Source of the DNA: a virus
Taxonomy: Duplodnaviria > Caudoviricetes
Length of the DNA: 64,000 nt
Reading direction: 5' to 3' (one strand)
Virus record (IMG/VR): IMGVR_UViG_3300012984_000010
Part shown: positions 38,549 through 47,994 of the stretch, in pieces
How the letters are laid out: each line of letters starts with the position of its first letter
Numbering within the stretch: the stretch's first letter is position 1
Notes under the pieces: generated by a model
Databases searched by the model: none
The model's input: the letters and a program-made list of their open reading frames with translations, nothing else
Told to the model about the DNA's origin: nothing
Position numbers and translations under genes: made by a program

Positions 38549-39199
38549 TCAAATAGCCCAGTCGATAGGAGCCTCCCCGATCTGCTGAAGGGCCGCATTC
38601 ACTTTCGAAAAAGGCTTGGATCCAAAGAACCCGCTAGAGGCCGACATAGGGGAAGGGTGGGCCGACTCGATGATGGTATGCCTGGAGTCAATCAGGTCCT
38701 TCTTGGCCCTCGCATGACGGCCCCAAAGGACGAAGATGACCGGTTTCTCTCTGGAGCTGAGGGTTCGAATCACCTCATCAGTGAACTGTTCCCAGCCCTG
38801 CCCCTGATGTGAACCCGCCTGATGAGCTCGGACCGTCAAAGTGGTGTTAAGCAACAGAACTCCTTGGCGACACCATGGCTCCAACCAACCGGTCTTTGGT
38901 TTCTGGATCTCTAGGTCTTCCACCAGCTCCTTGAAAATATTGCGCAAGCTAGGAGGTAGTTGGGTGCCTGGTTGAACCGAGAAACTAAGCCCATGGGCCT
39001 GACCTGCCCCATGGTACGGATCTTGCCCCAAGATCACCACTTTGACATCATCGAAGGGCAGCTTGAAACAATTGAACGTATCTTGTGGGGGAGGAAAAAC
39101 AGGACCACGCTTCCGCTCAATGGCAACGAACTCAACCAACTCCTTGAAGTATGGCTTGGTGAATTCACCCGACAGGCGTTGCTTCCAAGAAGAATCCAA
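38549..39199 (-). CDS. ung: Uracil-DNA glycosylase family 1
   Basis: VILGQDPYHG, QAHGLSFSV, GVLLLNTTLTV, FVLWG, HPSPMS. Confidence 0.95.
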   Translation of the reverse strand: MDSSWKQRLSGEFTKPYFKELVEFVAIERKRGPVFPPPQDTFNCFKLPFDDVKVVILGQDPYHGAGQAHGLSFSVQPGTQLPPSLRNIFKELVEDLEIQKPKTGWLEPWCRQGVLLLNTTLTVRAHQAGSHQGQGWEQFTDEVIRTLSSREKPVIFVLWGRHARAKKDLIDSRHTIIESAHPSPMSASSGFFGSKPFSKVNAALQQIGEAPIDWAI

Positions 39200-39202
39200 T
39201 CC

Positions 39203-39538
39203 TCACCCTACCTTCAACCTAGCGGTATCCAGGATGGCCTGGAACTGCTCGGCTGGCAACAGCTCACGAGCTGTGGTCATGAAGCAGTTCTCCAGACTCC
39301 CTTGAGCGGCCTTGTTCTTCTGTCGCAACAGCAGCTGGATCTGCTGACATTGGCGACCCTTGCTCTTCAGTGCCCACTTGGCCCTACCCCACCAGTCCGA
39401 ATCGGCGAACTCACCCGTCTCTCTCGCCTTCGCCTGAGCGGCGTCAATTTGAGCTCGGATGGAATCGATGTCGGATTCCAGTGTTAGCTTTATTTGTAAC
39501 AGTTCTTCAGCTGATTTGGCGACGAGATCGTCAGGCAT
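39203..39538 (-). CDS. Small coiled-coil hypothetical protein
   Basis: 111 aa, helical. Confidence 0.6.
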   Translation of the reverse strand: MPDDLVAKSAEELLQIKLTLESDIDSIRAQIDAAQAKARETGEFADSDWWGRAKWALKSKGRQCQQIQLLLRQKNKAAQGSLENCFMTTARELLPAEQFQAILDTARLKVG

Positions 39539-39591
39539 ACGGTGCTGTACACCGTCATCGGATGGCCATATTGGCCAATTGCGGCGGCTAT

Positions 39592-40194
39592 TTAAGCCTT
39601 GGACAACAACATCTTGTCCATTTGTGCGGTGGCGGCCCGAAGGTCCTGCCTAGCGTCAACCATTCTCTGGATAACCTGACCCAGCTCGTTGAACCAAGGA
39701 CGTAGCCTAGGGCTCTCGTCTACAGCGAGGTCTTGACAGAGGTTGACAGCCTCAGTGAAACTGCGATCGGCACCCTTATCTACCTTTGGAAGAATGTTTC
39801 GATTCAACAGATCGGCCAACTGTTCCTTCTTCTCTTGCAGTTCGGGATTTTCGGTCAAGTAGTCGGCAGTACCTTGGAGGAAATGAACGGCGTTTCGAAC
39901 GGCAGCCTCAATCCCACGTTGGTCTTGGGCCCTAGCAGCATCCATTCCCTGTTCGATTGCTGAAAGAACATGATCAAGGTGCTTCTTGGCGGCAGTATCG
40001 TCAATTTGACGAGATGCGTCCTTGATCTGGTCCACCACATCATCAAAAGCTTCCAAAATAGCCTTAGTGTCGTGAGTGCCGTCCCGCATGTATTTAGCAG
40101 CAATGGTGTTCAGACTGGTCTTAGCTTTATCAAGCTTTGACCGAATGTCGTTCTGAGCTGTAAACCGGCGGACGATATTTTTGGCTTGCGACAT
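39592..40194 (-). CDS. All-helical hypothetical protein with N-terminal KNIVRRF motif
   Basis: 200 aa, preceded by CCCTTTTATAG. Confidence 0.7.
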   Translation of the reverse strand: MSQAKNIVRRFTAQNDIRSKLDKAKTSLNTIAAKYMRDGTHDTKAILEAFDDVVDQIKDASRQIDDTAAKKHLDHVLSAIEQGMDAARAQDQRGIEAAVRNAVHFLQGTADYLTENPELQEKKEQLADLLNRNILPKVDKGADRSFTEAVNLCQDLAVDESPRLRPWFNELGQVIQRMVDARQDLRAATAQMDKMLLSKA

Positions 40195-40211
40195 GATATC
40201 TGGGTAAGGCT

Positions 40212-41401
40212 ATAAAAGGGTCATTTGATGACGGCTTCCAACATCTGCACCTGCCCATCAGGCAAGGTCTCTTCAACGTAGTGATCGAACATCTCAGCGA
40301 AGTTCTCTACATAGCTGGTACGAGCGTAGGGACTGACAAAGGTTTCTTTCTTGAGGCCTTTGACGTTGATCCAACCACTCAGAGAGATTGATGCCTTGAT
40401 GGTAGGCTCCTCTTTGAGATGAACCTGGACCACCCAATCATAAGCTCGATTGAGCACTACCTTTTCCACCTCATACACCTTGCCGTCCTTGTCCTTGTGA
40501 AGATCTCCAGGCTTGGGCCAATTGGCCTTGTCGTTCAGGGCCTCTCTGAAGGCCGTTTCATCCCCGTTAAGAAGAGTTTTGTAGAGAGTCTCAATCTCAG
40601 CGTCTTTGCTCTTCAGGAACTTGAGATGTAGGCGGTGGCCCAACTCATGAATGATCGTACTGATAGCCGGTCCTTGCTTGCCTTTGAGGTTACCACGTAC
40701 GAAAAACTCGTCTGTTCTAGCAACGTAGAAGGCCAACACATTGGAGCTACGATTCACCGTATTGGTCACCTGAATGGTACCGTAGCAGATCTTGCCGAAC
40801 CCTTTGGCTTTGATCAGAGCGCTTGCTCGATCGACCACCTTGGCCACATCAGCCATCTGCTGGGCCGAAAAGTCGCCCGTATTGACGAGCGTGAAACATC
40901 CGGCCGTCTCAGTCGTGCCTGAGGCCTCATCGTTATGCAACTCTCCCTTCTTGATCACTCGATCCGCCGCATCCGCATACGACCGATAGGTGTCTACCTT
41001 CTTCTTGAGGACTTCAAGCGCTACATCAGGTTTAACTCTCTGGATGCGATTCTTGGAAAACTCCTTCGAAGCTTGCTCAATCAGCTTTCGATCGGCACTT
41101 GAAGAGATCTTGTATTGCTGCAAAATCCCCCAGAATATGCGATAAGCCCCCACCCGATTGAGGACTTCGAACGTCCCTGGCAGATAGACGGAGGCTCGGA
41201 GTGTAGTCAAAGAATCATCCTGAGCGGCACTAAGTTCGACCCACCTCTTCTCCATCGAATCCACTACTCGACGAAATTCGGCCAGAAGTGCCAGGATGTT
41301 TTCCGCCTCAGCCAATTTCCTACGATCATAGGACTCTGGGATTCGATAATCGTAGCTATAGTGGATCATGCCCCTAAGTTGAGGCATAAAAGGGTCATTT
41401 G
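40212..41401. repeat. 16-bp direct repeat ATAAAAGGGTCATTTG flanking the zincin gene
   Basis: Identical copies at 40212-40227 and 41386-41401. Confidence 0.85.
40221..41387 (-). CDS. Zincin metallopeptidase-domain protein (lethal-factor-like); start may be ATG about 41369 (MIHYSYD)
   Basis: IIHELGHRLH (HExxH) and VSPYARTSYVENFAEMF (downstream Tyr/Glu). Confidence 0.75.
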   Translation of the reverse strand: MPQLRGMIHYSYDYRIPESYDRRKLAEAENILALLAEFRRVVDSMEKRWVELSAAQDDSLTTLRASVYLPGTFEVLNRVGAYRIFWGILQQYKISSSADRKLIEQASKEFSKNRIQRVKPDVALEVLKKKVDTYRSYADAADRVIKKGELHNDEASGTTETAGCFTLVNTGDFSAQQMADVAKVVDRASALIKAKGFGKICYGTIQVTNTVNRSSNVLAFYVARTDEFFVRGNLKGKQGPAISTIIHELGHRLHLKFLKSKDAEIETLYKTLLNGDETAFREALNDKANWPKPGDLHKDKDGKVYEVEKVVLNRAYDWVVQVHLKEEPTIKASISLSGWINVKGLKKETFVSPYARTSYVENFAEMFDHYVEETLPDGQVQMLEAVIK

Positions 41402-42342
41402 CTGGGCGGTCTGCCTATGGTTCTGGGATGTTCGATACCTAGGCGTTCGAGATGCCTTGTCACCGTTGTGGGTGCTTCATCCAGAATCTTCGCCATGCGT
41501 TTGATTGGAGTGCCGCAATCGACCAGCTCCTTAAGGCGTTCAAATGTGAGTTTTTTGCGTAGTTGGTACTGAGGCCCCTGGAATCCAAACGACAACTTGT
41601 AGTGCATACACTCTGGCATATGGGGCGTAATCAGGGCGATGAAACGTTCCGCCTGATCTTCACCCTCAAAGTGGAAGTTACCTGTGTTACCATCACACAC
41701 CTCCCAACGAGGCTTGAATCCAAGTCTCTCGAAGATGGTCAATGCTATTGCATGACTTGACGGCTGCATACCAAACGTGATGCGTGGCCACCAGCCAGAA
41801 GAACCGTCATCCATGAACCATATTGCTAGAGCCAAGTAATCCACCAAATCAACTACTTCTGGTTGCAGCTGTTTTGGCCCAGGATTGGGATAGAACAGGG
41901 CATGCCAGGAGAGAAGCTGAGTGTGGGAGACAGTTTCGAAACGCCAAGCTGGAAAGTCTCTGGAGATGTATAGAGGCTCAGTCTTTACCCAAGGTCCCCA
42001 TTCCTGGACTTTCCAATCCAAGTATGATTTCTGAGCTTCAGAGTGAAGCTCACAGTATCGAGCTACATTCAAGCTTTTTGAGATTCGACCATCCCCTAAC
42101 ATTGAGCCGACAAGCACCGATCGTAGTCGACCTTCGATTGGCACAATAAGATGCCTTTCTGTGCGACAAATGGTCTCAATACCAAATCGGCGACGCCAAG
42201 ATCTGACTCGTTTGACTGTTGTAGGGGCTCCTAAACGATCAGCTATTTGATCGTCTGTGAGTTTCTCGACTAGATACCAGCTACGTAGTTCTTCAGGGGC
42301 GACTGGGCACGATATAGATCTCATGATCTCACATCGTAGCAT
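41395..42342 (-). mobile_element. Free-standing LAGLIDADG homing endonuclease with terminal HTH domains (ATG 42324 possible)
   Basis: LVGSMLGDG and LAIWFMDDG; N-terminal LTDDQIADRLG and C-terminal PIKRMAKILD HTH-like segments. Confidence 0.88.
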
Positions 42343-42361
42343 AACGGTGACTTAAGCTCCA

Positions 42362-42400
42362 AAGAAAAACGCCCCCAGAGATAACCCTGGAGGCGTTTTC
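42362..42400 (-). terminator. Intrinsic terminator after major capsid gene
   Basis: AAACGCCTCCAG-GGTTATCT-CTGGGGGCGTTT followed by TTCTTT. Confidence 0.75.
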
Positions 42401-42425
42401 GATCAAGCCGTTAGGCTTATTGGGT

Positions 42426-43307
42426 TCAGATGCGGGTGACGACCAAACGGGTCATAGCACGCGGGTTGAATGCGCCTATGCCGACGTTCTGAAAACAGCT
42501 GAAACCAATTGTGCGGGCCTTCGGGTCATCCGCCGACAACACGGTCAGTTCCGTGCGGACGGGGAAGCGACCGAAGTTCTCTGGCTCGCCGCAGACGTAC
42601 ACGAAGCCGGCCGGAACCAGACGCGACGTGATGATCTGAGCACCCCAGAGGGTGGCCTGCAAACCTGTCTTGAGCAGGGTGGCCTGCGACTCGATATCCA
42701 GGATGTCGCGACCGAACTTGCGGATGTCCGCGTAGTCGGTGGCGTTCATGTAGATACGAGCAACACGGAGGTCGTGGCGTTCGATTTCCGCGAAAGCATC
42801 GGCGAGGACGCTTGGCGAGATCGGGGCCACCACGGCGATATCCGGGTTGGTCTGGCCGGGGAGGGTGTCGAAGCCCGAGACAGCGATGCTGTCGAGGACG
42901 GCGAACACGCGCTCATCTTCAGCGGCCTGAATCTGCGCCTTGGCGAGGTCCTGGCTGCGTTCAATGAGGTCGAAACGACGCTCCTTGATCTGGGTCAACG
43001 GTATTTCGGGGTTCGAGGCGATCTCGAACAACGGGAAGATGACACGACGTGGCTTCTGGATAGCCAAGATGTTCGAGCCTTCTTCGCCGACCACGAAAGC
43101 CGTAACTTCCGGATCCTTGTCGTAGATTGGCAATGCGCCGTCCGGTAGTTGTTCTACCAAGAAGGTCTTGCGACCAACGGCCGTGTAGTCACGGCGGAGA
43201 CGCAAGGGTTGGATCATCGAGGCTGCGAGCTTGGCACGACCGGCGGCGGTCTTGATGTACTCGGAGATGATCTGCTGCTTGACTTCGTTGCTTACTTGCT
43301 GAGGCAT
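42426..43307 (-). CDS. Major capsid protein (HK97 fold)
   Basis: GRAKLAASMIQPLRLRRDYTAVGRKTFLVEQLPDGALPIYDKD resembles large-myovirus MCPs; strong C-ending codon bias; follows protease-scaffold-decoration; own terminator. Confidence 0.88.
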   Translation of the reverse strand: MPQQVSNEVKQQIISEYIKTAAGRAKLAASMIQPLRLRRDYTAVGRKTFLVEQLPDGALPIYDKDPEVTAFVVGEEGSNILAIQKPRRVIFPLFEIASNPEIPLTQIKERRFDLIERSQDLAKAQIQAAEDERVFAVLDSIAVSGFDTLPGQTNPDIAVVAPISPSVLADAFAEIERHDLRVARIYMNATDYADIRKFGRDILDIESQATLLKTGLQATLWGAQIITSRLVPAGFVYVCGEPENFGRFPVRTELTVLSADDPKARTIGFSCFQNVGIGAFNPRAMTRLVVTRI

Positions 43308-43354
43308 AGCTTTGTTTTCCTTACGGGAATTCCCTTAGAGGCCTAGTTTCCCGC

Positions 43355-43972
43355 TCAGATGCGGAGATCGAATACCAAGAGCGTGTTGTTCGCATCGGGG
43401 GCTACCTTGAGGATGCCGACGATGGTGGGTGTGTTGGCGCTGAGGGCACCGAACTTTTCATAGGCGTCAGCCGCCACGTTGGTGATGAACCCGTTTGCCG
43501 AAGCATAGAGGGCATCGCCAGGAGCGTAGGTCAGAGCCGCGCTACCTGAAGCTAGGTTCTGGGTTTCCCAGAGCGAAACGCCGACTGTACCGAAGCCGCA
43601 GAGGTATGGGCCACGACCAGAGGCAACACCAGGGGTGTTTTCGAAGGCGTTACCCAACGAATCGTTGATGAAGAGGCCGAGTGGCTTCTGGCCAACCACG
43701 TAGGCTGCGCCTACCTGGGCAGGACCACCGTGAAAGCCGTTACCAGCGTCTGGACGAGTGAATGCGAAGCTGGCGCCCAAGACGCCTAGTTTGCTGATAC
43801 CTGCGAGGGTTGTGCTTTTGTTGGCACCGGCAGTGACGTTCACGGGGTTGGCTTGAGTGAAAGCGTCCGCCGTCAAGACGCCAACGCTGTTGCGTTGACC
43901 GACGTGGAAGATCTGCACTCTGCCGGAAGTTTCCCTGAAGTCACCCGAGCCTTGGCCGAGAGATAGAGGCAT
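43355..43972 (-). CDS. Capsid decoration/stabilisation protein
   Basis: 205 aa directly upstream of MCP; KPLGLFIND, YAPGDALYASANGFIT; SD AGGAG. Confidence 0.7.
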   Translation of the reverse strand: MPLSLGQGSGDFRETSGRVQIFHVGQRNSVGVLTADAFTQANPVNVTAGANKSTTLAGISKLGVLGASFAFTRPDAGNGFHGGPAQVGAAYVVGQKPLGLFINDSLGNAFENTPGVASGRGPYLCGFGTVGVSLWETQNLASGSAALTYAPGDALYASANGFITNVAADAYEKFGALSANTPTIVGILKVAPDANNTLLVFDLRI

Positions 43973-44053
43973 ATTGAAATTCTCCTAAAAATGGGCTTTG
44001 TTGCTGGGGGACGAAATTTACATCTAGATATTGAGTATTAGGTCTTCAGCAAT

Positions 44054-45280
44054 TCAGATGCCGAAGATGCCCTTCACGTCTGGAGCCGACTGCCAGAGGC
44101 TCGACAACTTGTCGATATCTCCGCCCGTAGCAGCGTTTCCACCGCTACCGATTGCCGACACACCAACTGAGGGCTGAGTGCCAATCGTACGCTTAGAGGC
44201 CGTACGGGTTGTGTGCACAGTCGAAGCCTGAACCGGAATACCAGTCAGGATTGCGTTTGCTTGCTGTGCTTCGATGACTTCTTGATTGGAAGCAAACAAG
44301 GTCTTGAGAACCTCATCCTCGGAAGCGGCGATGTGAGTCTCACCAACATCCATCGAGATACCGTCCAACTCAATGTCATTGAAGCTATTGGCCAACACTG
44401 GCTGACCAACCTCGTCTTGGAGCATCTGGTCCAGCAATTGGTCATCACCCAACTGCTGCTGAACCTGAGCGGGAGCCTGTTGCTGCTGTCCTTGACCCAG
44501 AGCTTGCTGGAACAACGACATAACCTGATCCTGCTGCAAGCCCGTCTGGGCCATCGCATCACAAGCGGCCTTGAAAGCCTGGTAGGCAGCTTGCTTCTTC
44601 TGCTCTTCCGCATCATCCTTAGCCTGCTGCTGAGCCTGCTTTTGCTGCTCTTCGTCAGCCTGCTGAGCTTGCTGCTGGGCTTGCTTAGCCTGCTGCTCCT
44701 GGCCCTCTTCCTTCTCATCCTTCTTCTTGAAGTTCTCAGGAATCTGACCAGCTTGCTTCTGCTCTTCCGAGTCTTGAGCTTGCTGTTGCTGAGCTTGTTT
44801 GCTCTGCTCTTCTTCGTCTTCCTCTTCGGCTGCCAGACGATTGACAGATTCGATCAAAGCTGCATCAGGCATATGCATGAATGCGAGAGCTTGATCTTCA
44901 ATCATCGACTCAGAAGCCTTCTTGGACAGGCAGCGCTTGGCCAGCTTGATGCAGAGAGAGGCCTTCTTCTCCAGCACCTCATCTTCCGCAGCAGCTTCTT
45001 CTTGCTGTTCAGCAGCTGTCTTCTCAGCATGGTTGAAAGTGTCACCACGTAGTTCGGGCATTCCGATCTCGTTGCGCTTGACTTCACCACCGCTGTACTC
45101 AGCTTTCCAAGTAGTGTTGGATGGATGAACATCTTCGGCGAAATCCGAAGGTCCACCGATCTCATACTTGTCGGCTGCCGGTTGTTGGCTCAAATGGTCT
45201 TGGTTCATTGCACGGGGGTCTTCTGCAATTCTGACGTTCTGTGCAATCTTTTCACGATTCCAGGTGGTGCGTTCGCGCAT
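44054..45280 (-). CDS. Capsid scaffolding protein, Gln/Glu-rich
   Basis: 408 aa of low complexity between protease and capsid; five KQA repeats. Confidence 0.75.
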   Translation of the reverse strand: MRERTTWNREKIAQNVRIAEDPRAMNQDHLSQQPAADKYEIGGPSDFAEDVHPSNTTWKAEYSGGEVKRNEIGMPELRGDTFNHAEKTAAEQQEEAAAEDEVLEKKASLCIKLAKRCLSKKASESMIEDQALAFMHMPDAALIESVNRLAAEEEDEEEQSKQAQQQQAQDSEEQKQAGQIPENFKKKDEKEEGQEQQAKQAQQQAQQADEEQQKQAQQQAKDDAEEQKKQAAYQAFKAACDAMAQTGLQQDQVMSLFQQALGQGQQQQAPAQVQQQLGDDQLLDQMLQDEVGQPVLANSFNDIELDGISMDVGETHIAASEDEVLKTLFASNQEVIEAQQANAILTGIPVQASTVHTTRTASKRTIGTQPSVGVSAIGSGGNAATGGDIDKLSSLWQSAPDVKGIFGI

Positions 45281-45326
45281 GACGGGATCACCCTTTCCTA
45301 TGCCTTGTAGTGGGGTATAAAGAGAT

Positions 45327-46874
45327 TTACGATTTCGAGAGATCGAAAAGTTTGCCTTTTGTGATCAAGGCATCGGTCTCTGATGTGGTCAGTTCTCGTC
45401 CAACTGCTCGACGACAAGCCGCCAAGTAGCTATCTGCATCTCCGTAAGCCAACATCCCGCCAACAGTCAAAACGGTGCGGTAGATTCGATGTTCGCCTGC
45501 AATCCTAACTCCCTGGATGTTGTCCAGAAAGCGTGAGATTGCCAGTACTTCCGTTCCTGAGTACGAAGCTTCTTTGACGGCTTGCCAACCGCCATTCTTG
45601 AACAACAACAAGCCAGTCAAGACCTTGCGAGCCATCTCTGGATTGGGTGTTTGGGCCAACACCACCTCTGCTAGACGCTTCCAAGAGGAGCTCTTTTGGA
45701 CCGCTTCACGCAGCAAAGTGTTGTTCTGATTTTCTTTCAAATCGGCACGAGGGGGGAGATCTTTTTGATTCATCTCACCTCGAACCTTCTCCAACGCCTT
45801 CTCTTTGATCAGATCAGCCAGGCTATCGACTGCCTTATCTATGGGTTGCTGATCTTTCTTAGGGTTGGCCGGAGCCGCTTGATCAGCCCCTTCAAATTGT
45901 TCTTGATCCTGTGATGGATGCGAAGGATCCGATAGAGAAATCCTAGTACGAGGAGCAATGGCAGGGTTCTGAACACGACTCACAACCCTCATATCGTTGG
46001 TCTGCAGATGAGCCGCTTTTCCGAATTGAGAAGCGTCCGGAACCTGAGTGGGCATCGAGAAGGCGACTTGCACCTTGTTACCAACCTTGGCCAATTCATC
46101 TGGAGTTAGGATGTTGCGAACCACCGCCCCCTTGAAAGCAGGATTGGCGACCCAACTGGCCTCAATAAACTTGACCGAGCGAGGATCTGTCACATGGCCG
46201 CACAGCTCGGCAATCTTACGAGTCCTCCCCAGAGCATCAATGAACTGATTGCCCTTGGAGTATTTGATGTGTTGACAGAGCTGGGTCTCGTCTTCCGCCA
46301 CATTCCCACATTGTGTGCAGGTTGTGTGGGCGACCGTGCAACCCATACTTAGAGTCTGTAGTTGCTGAGACTTGATGGCCGCAATCAGAGGGGAATGCTT
46401 GAGTTCCGTTGCTACCAAGATGTCTACGTAGACCGTGTCTCCAAGATCACGAGCCGCCGCATCAATGATGCGTCCCTTAGACAACTCAGGTATTTGCAAA
46501 TGTTCTACGTAATTCTGACCACCAATGAAGGTGCGGAACGTTGCGAGCAACAAGTTACGTTCCCAGCTATCCTGATTGCTGTTGACATACTGTGCCGTCT
46601 TGGTAGTGATGTAGTAGTCTTGATAACGACGATCGATCTGGAAACCGTTATCAAACGTACGTCCCAACTGACCAGGACCGTTCTCGGTATCGACAGACGC
46701 GATGATGGTACAGTGTGTAAGCAGATATTCTTTGGGGTCGTATTTCTGGACCACTTCCAAGCTGGCTGTCTTGGCAAAAGCTCCGCCCATCGACTTGGCA
46801 CGCAAATCGTCCCATGTCGACATCGTTACGACGGGCTGAACCACCGCCGCATTGGCGTACTTGGAGAAGGCCAT
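45327..46874 (-). CDS. Prohead maturation protease with Zn-finger insert
   Basis: NYVEH (His), TLSMG (Ser), IEASWVANPAF as in HK97/herpes-like head proteases; CTQC...LCQH insert. Confidence 0.78.
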   Translation of the reverse strand: MAFSKYANAAVVQPVVTMSTWDDLRAKSMGGAFAKTASLEVVQKYDPKEYLLTHCTIIASVDTENGPGQLGRTFDNGFQIDRRYQDYYITTKTAQYVNSNQDSWERNLLLATFRTFIGGQNYVEHLQIPELSKGRIIDAAARDLGDTVYVDILVATELKHSPLIAAIKSQQLQTLSMGCTVAHTTCTQCGNVAEDETQLCQHIKYSKGNQFIDALGRTRKIAELCGHVTDPRSVKFIEASWVANPAFKGAVVRNILTPDELAKVGNKVQVAFSMPTQVPDASQFGKAAHLQTNDMRVVSRVQNPAIAPRTRISLSDPSHPSQDQEQFEGADQAAPANPKKDQQPIDKAVDSLADLIKEKALEKVRGEMNQKDLPPRADLKENQNNTLLREAVQKSSSWKRLAEVVLAQTPNPEMARKVLTGLLLFKNGGWQAVKEASYSGTEVLAISRFLDNIQGVRIAGEHRIYRTVLTVGGMLAYGDADSYLAACRRAVGRELTTSETDALITKGKLFDLSKS

Positions 46875-46877
46875 GAC

Positions 46878-47264
46878 TTAGAACACCTCGAAAGGAGGCA
46901 AACCTAGGAATCGATCAACGAGGCGATTGGCAGAGGCATACTTGGGGGATTTACCGCTCGCAATGAACTCATCAATCATCTTGATTACCGCCTTGACAGG
47001 CGGCATATCGTTCACGTGGAATTTCTTAATGAGGGCCGCCTTCAATGCATTTAACGCCTCAGGAGTTGATTCGTTCAAATAGGAATGAACCAACTGCTCA
47101 GCTTCCTGTTTGGCACCCAGCCAAAGAGAAAGACGATAGATGTTGTCTGGACGACCCTTCTTTAGGGCGTTCTGCTGAAGAAGCTTGTCATAGCGAGTGA
47201 GACGGCCCACTAGGATGGTCAAGAAATTCTTGACAGTGCCTGGAATGTTGGCTGATCTCACCAT
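46878..47264 (-). CDS. Helical hypothetical protein with C-terminal KYASANRLVDRF
   Basis: 128 aa, overlaps the upstream stop. Confidence 0.6.
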   Translation of the reverse strand: MVRSANIPGTVKNFLTILVGRLTRYDKLLQQNALKKGRPDNIYRLSLWLGAKQEAEQLVHSYLNESTPEALNALKAALIKKFHVNDMPPVKAVIKMIDEFIASGKSPKYASANRLVDRFLGLPPFEVF

Positions 47265-47968
47265 GCAACAGGCTCCCCACCTGGACCAAGAATGTCATCC
47301 TGCTTGATCAGGTACAAATCTTTGGGACAAGCAAACAAGCGTGTTCGCTGTCCCTCAGACATCTTATAGGTGGTTTTCCGCATCGCTGTCCCGCACCTAG
47401 GACAATTGGGACATCGGTTATCAACCTCAGCCCTGGTGGCCCTGTGGGTACGATTCTGAGCCGCCCAGTAGGTGGCCGTCTTACGGACGAACTCACTGAT
47501 GAACAGGTCTACCGAGTTGGAGGCAAAGCGATAAAATCTCTGCACCTCGTCCCTCAAAGCCGTATCATCAGAGAAAGAGGCGTAACGATGCCACAGTTCG
47601 TCATATGCCCTTACCTCATGAGCACCCTTGTGGAACAGTCTAGCTAGCTCTTTATGGAAGCCAGCCGGCAGCTCGATTGAACGCCATTGACCCTTCGAAG
47701 CCTCTCTCTTTTGCTCCAAACCAGGGTAGTAGGAGAAATTGAGACTAGGTGGTAGGTAGGCGGCGAATTCCTTGTTGACCTTCACTACCTCTTCAGGCGA
47801 GACTCGTTCATTGTCAAAAGGCCACTGGACATCAAGAAAACCGATCCCATGTAGGACCGCTGTGACGCGACCCACATAGGGCGATAGACTGACACTTCGA
47901 CTGGGGATGTACTTCTGTACGAAGTCCCCAGGCTTGAAGTCCTTGGTCAATTTCCAGTAATCGATCAC
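47258..47968 (-). CDS. Hypothetical protein with SH3-like N-terminus and C-terminal zinc ribbon
   Basis: FKPGDFVQK...GRVTAV; CPNCPRCG...FACP. Confidence 0.65.
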   Translation of the reverse strand: MIDYWKLTKDFKPGDFVQKYIPSRSVSLSPYVGRVTAVLHGIGFLDVQWPFDNERVSPEEVVKVNKEFAAYLPPSLNFSYYPGLEQKREASKGQWRSIELPAGFHKELARLFHKGAHEVRAYDELWHRYASFSDDTALRDEVQRFYRFASNSVDLFISEFVRKTATYWAAQNRTHRATRAEVDNRCPNCPRCGTAMRKTTYKMSEGQRTRLFACPKDLYLIKQDDILGPGGEPVAW

Positions 47969-47994
47969 TTGCCCGTCCCTTACTAAAACTTAGT

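Noticed and set aside
18212-42342. ORF-track starts at 18233, 25210, 25967, 30153, 38506, 42342
   Set aside because: Downstream ATGs (18212, 25186, 25901, 30141, 38488, 42324) fit better by SD or promoter-box position; some listed starts lie inside the promoter box itself.
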